From Auanema rhodensis (taxonomy: Eukaryota > Animalia > Nematoda), in the NCBI GenBank assembly GCA_964057225.1, contig CAXKVF010000075.1, forward strand, positions 372,001 through 436,000: a stretch of 64,000 nt of DNA. The letters are read 5' to 3'. Positions within the stretch are counted from its first letter, which is position 1. Each line of letters begins with the position of its first letter. The notes under the pieces were generated by a model. That model ran no database searches and was not told the DNA's origin. It worked only from the letters and a program-made list of their open reading frames with translations. Both the position numbers and the translations under genes were made by a program. Shown here piece after piece: positions 29,914 through 38,000 of this stretch.

Positions 29914-32748
29914 TTAATCTAAAAGGAAAATACTCAAATGTTTTCGAAAGCTGCTGATTCTTTCTAGACAAACAATGTTGTTTGGAATTGAGTTCCATGT
30001 ATTGATGGCTCGATATTCGATGCCTTTTCTGGACTGAGTTTTCCTTAGATTAGGAAATTCAATAGTCCATGGATGCCGTCTAAGACTATGAGAGTGGTTT
30101 CTGAGTGAAAAAAGATTATCTGTAATAGTTGATTTAATTTGTTTGAAATAAAAAAGCAAATCAAAAATTTGTCTTCTGAAAGCTAGTTCTTCACTCCCTA
30201 AGAAAGAGAGTTGATCTTTGTATTTTAAGTTCAAACCAGATCGCATGAAAACAGCACGCAAAAATTTTTTTTGTACGTTTTCTAAGCGTGTTTTGCATCT
30301 ATTATCTTGCGGAGACCAGATAATAGAAGCATATTCAAGTATTGGTCTTATATAGCAGCAGAAAAGTTTGAACATCAAGACTGGTGATCTTGAATAAAAG
30401 CATCTGAGAATTATGCGGCATTTTCTCGCTGCATCGTTGGTTATCTTATCTATATGTTTATCAAACATAAGATTGTGTTCGGTTAGAACACCCAGGTCTT
30501 TATAGCTTTGAACGTTAGTAAGAATAATGTCACCAAACATAAATTTTTGGACTTCAGAATTTTTTTTACTTGGAACCACCATGATTTTTGATTTGGAGGT
30601 GTTAACGCTCATACCGTTTTGTTGACACCATACTTTCAACTGATTGAGAGCACATTGTAAACTAACCGGATTTTTGCTGTAAATTTTAAGATCATCAGCA
30701 TAAAGAACAGAATTGACATCGCTGGGAAATTCTGATGTGATGTCGTTGATATAAAAGAGGAATAGGAGAGGACCGAGAACAGTGCCTTGAGGAACTCCAC
30801 AAGTAAGTGGTTTAGATGGAGATAGTGCTTTTTTGATAAGAACAGAAAAGGATCTACCAGAAATAAAACTTGTAAGAAAAGAGTGAAGAGAACCTTTGAT
30901 ACCCATGGAGTTGAGTTTATGTGAGAGGACGGCATGATTTATTAAATCGAATGCTTTTGAGAAGTCAATGAAAGCAACAAAAACTGTATCGTTGCAGTCG
31001 AGAGAAGATCTCCAACTTACGTGACTGTCTAGGATGGCAGAAACAGTATTCCTATTAGGAAGAAAGGCATGTTGATAGTTAGGAATGGAGCCAGAAGATA
31101 TGCCAAATGTAAGAAGAGGAGTGCGAACAAGACGTTCAAACACTTTAGAGAGGCTAGAAGTGAGAGAGATTGGTCGATAGTTTTCTGGATTTTTAGTGAC
31201 ACCAGATTTGAAGACAGGGCGGATCCAGGCCACTTTCCAATCAGGAGGGCAGGTTGAACTAACAAGAAGGTTGTGAAAGATGAAAGCTAATGGATTAGCT
31301 AGAGGAGCAGCACATTGTTTAAGAAAGTAGTACGGAATACCGTCTGGAGATGTGGATACCCTAAGTGGAAGATGATAGAGTGTTTTATATACAATTTCAG
31401 ATGATATATCAACAAAGTCGATATAGGAGCCGGAACTGGTAGAAGTAGAGCTATAAGTAGGTTGAGATGTTAAAAAGAGAGGGTTAACAGTAAAAACGTT
31501 GGAAAAAACGGAGGCCTTGTCAGCATCCGAAGAAACTGTTTGTTGATTAATGGTGAGGTTTGGGACGTCCGATGAATTGCCACCTAACCGTTCTCTACAG
31601 AAGCGATGGAAAAGTCTGGGATTTCTGGAATTAGCAATGCGTTCTTCTTCTAATGCATACTTGCGTTTTGTGAGTCTATCGAGAGCAGCACAGAGTTTCT
31701 TACGGCGAATTTCGTCAGATGGGTATAGAGAGCAACTAAGCTTTTTAATTTGGTTGTGAAGTTTTTTGATTTCACGATCCAGCTTTTTGTTTTTCTTAGG
31801 TTGTTTTTTAGGAACATAAGAAGATATTACAGAACGAAGAATAGCGACAAACTTAGAATATGATTGTAGTGGAGTTAAACCTGAAAGTTCAGAACAGAAA
31901 TCCATATTGGCTAGTAGTTTGTTGATCATTTCATAGTCAGCTAAGAGAAAATTGTTCTCTGGTACCAATGAAGGCGGTGAATTTTCAGTATGATTGACAT
32001 TATGTGAACTGGAATCCTTAAAGTCTAACGAAATAAGAAAAACGAGAGAAAAATGATCCGATGTCCCTAACGGACTAGATCGACAAATGCCGTTGACACT
32101 GTGGGTTTGGTTTGTGATGATATAATCAAGAATATGATCGCCTCTAGTGGGAAATCTGACCAACTGCTTAGCACAATTGTCATGGAGGAAACGGAGAAGA
32201 GCTCTACTTGATGGAGAGGGTTTTAAACAAGAGCTGCGACCCCAGTCTATTTTTGGAAAATTAAGATCACCTGTAAGAAAAAAAGAGCGATTGACAATGT
32301 GGCTCTCAATATCCGAAAGATATTCAGAAAAGTCGGCGTGAGTTGATGAAGGAGAGCGGTAGCAAATAGAGAAAACAGCATTTAATGAAGTTATTACAAT
32401 ATTTAAAAATTGGACAGAAGATAGATGAGAGGAACAAGAGACAAGACGGAAGTTAATGTGTTTTTTAATGAAAAGAAGTACACCACCTCCACGAGAAGTA
32501 CATCTATCAGCTCTAAGGATACTGTAGGTGTCTCTCAGTGGTAATAGGTCAGTGTTAAACTGAGAATGAAGCCAGGTTTCTGATATAGCAACTATATCAG
32601 GGGAGTCAGACAAAAGAACGATTGGGAGTAGATGTAATTTGTTAAGAATAGAGCGGGCATTGTAACAGTGAACAGAAAGATTAGAAATGATTAATGAGCT
32701 AGATTGGGTATTGACAGAAACATTGTTAACGAAAGGACAGGTTATCAT
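29914..32748 (-). CDS. LINE ORF2: APE-type endonuclease plus reverse transcriptase, 944 aa
   Basis: Endonuclease motifs: YNARS, DIVAISETWL, RADR..RGGGV, CYRSP, TGDLN, PTR..HILD, GTSDH. RT motifs: SPDGIP, NYRPISLTS, QHAF, FIDFSKAFD, GVPQGTVLGPLLF, catalytic YADD, KDLGV. ATG at 32748, TAA at 29914-29916. Confidence 0.97.
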   Translation of the reverse strand: MITCPFVNNVSVNTQSSSLIISNLSVHCYNARSILNKLHLLPIVLLSDSPDIVAISETWLHSQFNTDLLPLRDTYSILRADRCTSRGGGVLLFIKKHINFRLVSCSSHLSSVQFLNIVITSLNAVFSICYRSPSSTHADFSEYLSDIESHIVNRSFFLTGDLNFPKIDWGRSSCLKPSPSSRALLRFLHDNCAKQLVRFPTRGDHILDYIITNQTHSVNGICRSSPLGTSDHFSLVFLISLDFKDSSSHNVNHTENSPPSLVPENNFLLADYEMINKLLANMDFCSELSGLTPLQSYSKFVAILRSVISSYVPKKQPKKNKKLDREIKKLHNQIKKLSCSLYPSDEIRRKKLCAALDRLTKRKYALEEERIANSRNPRLFHRFCRERLGGNSSDVPNLTINQQTVSSDADKASVFSNVFTVNPLFLTSQPTYSSTSTSSGSYIDFVDISSEIVYKTLYHLPLRVSTSPDGIPYYFLKQCAAPLANPLAFIFHNLLVSSTCPPDWKVAWIRPVFKSGVTKNPENYRPISLTSSLSKVFERLVRTPLLTFGISSGSIPNYQHAFLPNRNTVSAILDSHVSWRSSLDCNDTVFVAFIDFSKAFDLINHAVLSHKLNSMGIKGSLHSFLTSFISGRSFSVLIKKALSPSKPLTCGVPQGTVLGPLLFLFYINDITSEFPSDVNSVLYADDLKIYSKNPVSLQCALNQLKVWCQQNGMSVNTSKSKIMVVPSKKNSEVQKFMFGDIILTNVQSYKDLGVLTEHNLMFDKHIDKITNDAARKCRIILRCFYSRSPVLMFKLFCCYIRPILEYASIIWSPQDNRCKTRLENVQKKFLRAVFMRSGLNLKYKDQLSFLGSEELAFRRQIFDLLFYFKQIKSTITDNLFSLRNHSHSLRRHPWTIEFPNLRKTQSRKGIEYRAINTWNSIPNNIVCLERISSFRKHLSIFLLD

Positions 32749-33799
32749 GCGTAAGAGACAAAGAGGTTGCTAGAGGGCTACTTGTAGATCTGGCAATAGG
32801 TCCAGTTGGTTCAATGGTACTAGACTTGGCATTACGGGGTGGATTTTTCCGTCTTCTAGGACTAATGGAAAGCATTTTATTCTTGGAGACTGGTTTTTGC
32901 CTTTCCTTAGACCGACTGGATCTGCCTGATTTACAAGGAGGACTAGAAACAACGTCTAATGTGGTTAATGAAACAGGACAATTGTGGGTATTATAAGAAG
33001 TTTTAGAAATTGGACCGTTGGAATTAGTAGCTATGATGTTAGTGGTAGGGGATAGGGTGGTGATCGGTTTACGAGAAACTTCTATCAGTTTGAGATCGCG
33101 TACAAGAAAAACGCTTTTAAGATTGTTTTCATTTTTAATTTTAGCTTCGGCGCGTAAACTTTTTTCTAGTTCAATTTCAAAAGGAAGGTAGTCGCGGCGT
33201 AGGAATGTTTTGGAAAGAGTAATGAAGCACTTAGATTTGTTAGCTTTGATAACCTCGATAGTTCTATCTCGTAAATCGATGGAGGGACAAGTAATAATTA
33301 GGGGACCAGGAAAGTTTGATTTGAGAGTAGAGCGTGCAATTGTGATTTGGTTGCTATCGATAAGAGAAGACAAAGTACTATCATTGGACTTCTTGACGAT
33401 GAGTTTCAATAATGAAAGTGGATCGTTTGGAAATTCATCTGAAGTCAAAGGTACGCGAAACCAGAGAGCCCGGTTACTGCGGTAAGAGTATTTTGTCTCC
33501 TCTGATCTCAATTTTTGTAGCTGGCATGCAACATTTAATTGGGAAGATGATGCAATAGAAACGGAATTACAGTGAGGAGATGGTTGAGAAAAACTGGCAA
33601 GCTTCTGCTCTAACTTTTCCAAACGAGATTTGAAATCCGTTTCGATAAAGTTCAAGCGAGCCTCGTGAGAACTGACTTTGATTTTCATACAATTAAGCTC
33701 ATTTTTTATATCGCTTGAAAGTTTAGCAAATGAGCATTCAAGTGATTTGGAAAATGTTTCGAGAGCACTTGTAAGAAAATCATTGGTCACAAAAGACAT
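32726..33799 (-). CDS. LINE ORF1, putative nucleic-acid chaperone, 357 aa from the first ATG (MSFVTNDF...)
   Basis: Long open frame directly upstream of ORF2. The track start at 33943 is a TTG that reads through a poly-T/(TTTA)n tract, so the first ATG (33799) is preferred. It has an N-terminal heptad/coiled-coil-like segment, a central RRDYLPFEIELEKSLR...VRDL motif, and a basic Ser-rich tail. Confidence 0.85.
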   Translation of the reverse strand: MSFVTNDFLTSALETFSKSLECSFAKLSSDIKNELNCMKIKVSSHEARLNFIETDFKSRLEKLEQKLASFSQPSPHCNSVSIASSSQLNVACQLQKLRSEETKYSYRSNRALWFRVPLTSDEFPNDPLSLLKLIVKKSNDSTLSSLIDSNQITIARSTLKSNFPGPLIITCPSIDLRDRTIEVIKANKSKCFITLSKTFLRRDYLPFEIELEKSLRAEAKIKNENNLKSVFLVRDLKLIEVSRKPITTLSPTTNIIATNSNGPISKTSYNTHNCPVSLTTLDVVSSPPCKSGRSSRSKERQKPVSKNKMLSISPRRRKNPPRNAKSSTIEPTGPIARSTSSPLATSLSLTHDNLSFR

Positions 33800-33827
33800 A
33801 ATGAAACAATATAAAGAGAGGTGAGAG

Positions 33828-33904
33828 AAAAAAAAAAAAAAAAAAATAAATAAATAAATAAATAAATAAAGTGAAGATAAATAAAAAGAAGAGAAAAAAA
33901 AAAA
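33828..33904. repeat. Low-complexity tract in the LINE 5' UTR: A19, (TAAA)6, A11 on + (U-rich in the transcript)
   Basis: A-run at 33828-33846, TAAA x6 at 33847-33870, A-run at 33894-33904. Confidence 0.95.
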
Positions 33905-34020
33905 GAACGAGAGAAAAAGTGAGCGTACCTTGAAAAAAACCAATCCGACGAATAAAATCCAGACAGATACGGCTGAAGACGGCAGGAACGAACAGAGCAG
34001 AGCAGGGGATCACCTTCCGT

Positions 34021-34080
34021 GGCCAGGAAACTAGGTCAACTGAGGCCAGGAAACTAGGTCAACTGCCAGGAAACTAGGTC
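34021..34080. repeat. Three tandem copies of GCCAGGAAACTAGGTC at the LINE 5' end (candidate internal promoter)
   Basis: Identical 16-mer at 34022, 34045 and 34065 (spacing 23 and 20 bp). Confidence 0.9.
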
Positions 34081-34093
34081 GAGGTGTGTGTGT

Positions 34094-34099
34094 CACGTG
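34094..34099. other. Target-site duplication, right copy (CACGTG)
   Basis: ...gtgtgt|CACGTGatgtgcac. Monomer positions 85-90 are present on both sides of the insert. Confidence 0.9.
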
Positions 34100-35065
34100 A
34101 TGTGCACTTGGTATGTAACTCGCTTCACGTGAAAGATAAAGAGATGCGGTTTTCAAAATTAGATTCCCCATGTCCATATTAGTCTAAAAACAAATTTTTA
34201 TTGATATTGGTGCATGGTAACCATGACTTTGAAATTTACGTGAACTTTAATTTATGCTAATTAAATGTACACGTGATGTGCACTTGGTATGTAACTCGCT
34301 TCACGTGAAAGATAAAGAGACGCGGTTTTCAAAATTAGATTCCCCATGTCCATATTAGTCTAAAAACAAATTTTTATTGATATTGGTGCATGGTAACCAT
34401 GACTTTGAAATTTACGTGAACTTTAATTTATGCTAATTAAATGTACACGTGATGTGCACTTGGTATGTAACTCGCTTCACGTGAAAGATAAAGAGATGCG
34501 GTTTTCAAAATTAGATTCCCCATGTCCATATTAGTCTAAAAACAAATTTTTATTGATATTGGTGCATGGTAACCATGACTTTGAAATTTACGTGAACTTT
34601 AATTTATGCAAATTAAATGTACACGTGATGTGCACTTGGTATGTAACTCGCTTCACGTGAAAGATAAAGAGATGCGGTTTTCAAAATTAGATTCCCCATG
34701 TCCATAATAGTCTAAAAACAAATTTTTATTGATATTGGTTCATGGTAACCATGACTTTGAAATTTACGTGAACTTTAATTCATGCTAATTAAATGTACAC
34801 GTGATGTGCACTTGGTATGTAACTCGCTTCACGTGAAAGATAAAGAGATGCGGTTTTCACAATTAGATTCCCCATGTCCATATTAGTCTAAAAACAAATT
34901 TTTATTGATATTGGTGCATGGTAACCATGACTTTGAAATTTACGTGAACTTTAATTTATGCTAATTAAATGTACACGTGATGTGCACTTGGTATGTAACT
35001 CGCTTCACGTGAAAGATAAAGAGATGCGGTTTTCAAAATTAGATTCCCCATGTCCATATTAGTCT

Positions 35066-38000
35066 AAAAACAAATTTTTATTGATATTGGTGCATGGTAA
35101 CCATGACTTTGAAATTTACGTGAACTTTAATTTATGCTAATTAAATGTACACGTGATGTGCACTTGGTATGTAACTCGCTTCACGTGAAAGATAAAGAGA
35201 TGCGGTTTTCAAAATTAAATTCCCCATGTCCATATTAGTCTAAAAACAAATTTTTATTGATATTGGTGCATGGTAACCATGACTTTGAAATTTACGTGAA
35301 CTTTAATTTATGCTAATTAAATGTACACGTGATGTGCACTTGGTATGTAACTCGCTTCACGTGAAAGATAAAGAGATGCGGTTTTCAAAATTAGATTCCC
35401 CATGTCCATATTAGTCTAAAAACAAATTTTTATTGATATTGCTTCATGGTAACCATGACTTTGAAATTTACGTGAACTTTAATTTATGCTAATTAAATGT
35501 ACACGTGATGTGCACTTGGTATGTAACTCGCTTCACGTGAAAGATAAAGAGATGCGGTTTTCAAAATTAGATTCCCCATGTCCATATTAGTCTAAAAACA
35601 ATTTTTTATTGATATTGGTTCATGGTAACCATGACTTTGAAATTTACGTGAACTTTAATTTATGCTAATTAAATGTACACGTGATGTGCACTTGGTATGT
35701 AACTCGCTTCACGTGAAAAATAAAGAGATGCGGTTTTCAAAATTAGATTCCCCATGTCCATATTAGTCTAAAAACAAATTTTTATTGATATTGGTGCATG
35801 GTAACCATGACTTTGAAATTTACGTGAACTTTAATTTATGCTAATTAAATGTACACGTGATGTGCACTTGGTATGTAACTCGCTTCACGTGAAAGATAAA
35901 GAGATGCGGTTTTCAAAATTAGATTCCCCATGTCCATATTAGTCTAAAAACAAATTTTTATTGATATTGGTGCATGGTAACCATGACTTTGACATTTACG
36001 TGAACTTTAATTTATGCTAATTAAATGTACACGTGATGTGCACTTGGTATGTAACTCGCTTCACGTGAAAGATAAAGAGATGCGGTTTTCAAAATTAGAT
36101 TCCCCATGTCCATATTAGTCTAAAAACAAATTTTTATTGATATTGGTGCATGGTAACCATGACTTTGAAATTTACGTGAACTTTAATTTATGCTAATTAA
36201 ATGTACACGTGATGTGCACTTGGTATGTAACTCGCTTCACGTGAAAGATAAAGAGATGCGGTTTTCAAAATTAGATTCCCCATGTCCATATTAGTCTAAA
36301 AACAAATTTTTATTGATATTGCTTCATGGTAACCATGACTTTGAAATTTACGTGAACTTTAATTTATGCTAATTAAATGTACACGTGATGTGCACTTGGT
36401 ATGTAACTCGCTTCACGTGAAAGATAAAGAGATGCGGTTTTCAAAATTAGATTCCCCATGTCCATATTAGTCTAAAAACAAATTTTTATTGATATTGGTT
36501 CATGGTAACCATGACTTTGAAATTTACGTGAACTTTAATTTATGCTAATTAAATGTACACGTGATGTGCACTTGGTATGTAACTCGCTTCACGTGAAAGA
36601 TAAAGAGATGCGGTTTTCAAAATTAGATTCCCCATGTCCATATTAGTCTAAAAACAAATTTTTATTGATATTGGTGCATGGTAACCATGACTTTGACATT
36701 TACGTGAACTTTAATTTATGCTAATTAAATGTACACGTGATGTGCACTTGGTATGTAACTCGCTTCACGTGAAAGATAAAGAGATGCGGTTTTCAAAATT
36801 AGATTCCCCATGTCCATAATAGTCTAAAAACAAATTTTTATTGATATTGGTGCATGGTAACCATGACTTTGAAATTTACGTGAACTTTAATTTATGCTAA
36901 TTAAATGTACACGTGATGTGCACTTGGTATGTAACTCTCTTCACGTGAAAGATAAAGAGATGCGGTTTTCAAAATTAGATTCCCCATGTCCATATTAGTC
37001 TAAAAACTAATTTTTATTGATATTGGTGCATGGTAACCATGACTTTGAAATTTACGTGATTTTTAATTTATGCTAATTAAATGTACACGTGATGTGCACT
37101 TGGTATGTAACTCGCTTCACGTGAAAGATAAAGAGATGCGGTTTTCAAAATTAGATTCCCCATGTCCATATTAGTCTAAAAACAAATTTTTATTGATATT
37201 GGTGCATGGTAACCATGACTTTGAAATTTACGTGAACTTTAATTTATGCTAATTAAATGTACACGTGATGTGCACTTGGTATGTAACTCGCTTCACGTGA
37301 AAGATAAAGAGATGCGGTTTTCAAAATTAAATTCCCCATGTCCATATTAGTCTAAAAACAAATTTTTATTGATATTGGTGCATGGTAACCATGACTTTGA
37401 AATTTACGTGAACTTTAATTTATGCTAATTAAATGTACACGTGATGTGCACTTGGTATGTAACTCGCTTCACGTGAAAGATAAAGAGATGCGGTTTTCAA
37501 AATTAGATTCCCCATGTCCATATTAGTCTAAAAACAAATTTTTATTGATATTGCTTCATGGTAACCATGACTTTGAAATTTACGTGAACTTTAATTTATG
37601 CTAATTAAATGTACACGTGATGTGCACTTGGTATGTAACTCGCTTCACGTGAAAGATAAAGAGATGCGGTTTTCAAAATTAGATTCCCCATGTCCATATT
37701 AGTCTAAAAACAATTTTTTATTGATATTGGTTCATGGTAACCATGACTTTGAAATTTACGTGAACTTTAATTTATGCTAATTAAATGTACACGTGATGTG
37801 CACTTGGTATGTAACTCGCTTCACGTGAAAAATAAAGAGATGCGGTTTTCAAAATTAGATTCCCCATGTCCATATTAGTCTAAAAACAAATTTTTATTGA
37901 TATTGGTGCATGGTAACCATGACTTTGAAATTTACGTGAACTTTAATTTATGCTAATTAAATGTACACGTGATGTGCACTTGGTATGTAACTCGCTTCAC

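Larger units (their letters stand above)
29411..34093 (-). mobile_element. Full-length non-LTR retrotransposon (LINE), CR1 clade, 4683 bp, two intact ORFs
   Basis: This is the only non-satellite DNA in the window. Layout on the minus strand is 5'UTR-ORF1-ORF2(APE+RT)-3'UTR. It has no LTRs or TIRs, is flanked by a duplicated CACGTG, and shows no premature stops or frameshifts. The clade call comes from ORF2 C-terminal motifs (YIRPILEYASIIWSP, LENVQKKF, RRQIFDL) typical of CR1/T1/Q-like elements and the lack of a CCHC or RNase H domain. Confidence 0.95.

Noticed and set aside
33828-33870. A19/(TAAA)6 as the poly(A) tail of a plus-strand retroelement
   Set aside because: The ORFs are on the minus strand, so the tract is in the 5' UTR. 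It has no separate TSD or plus-strand element body.
33800-33943. N-terminal 48-aa hydrophobic extension of ORF1 (apparent signal or TM segment)
   Set aside because: It starts at TTG and is the translation of the poly-T/(TTTA)n UTR tract (Phe/Leu/Ile/Tyr-rich).
29665-34013. Eleven short ORFs (60-99 aa) in the ORF track
   Set aside because: They are alternate-frame or antisense shadows of ORF1/ORF2, or low-complexity UTR translations, with no motifs.
33960-34093. HDV-like 5' ribozyme, as in R2/RTE and some other LINEs
   Set aside because: I could not build the nested double pseudoknot by eye, and the region is explained by the tandem repeats.
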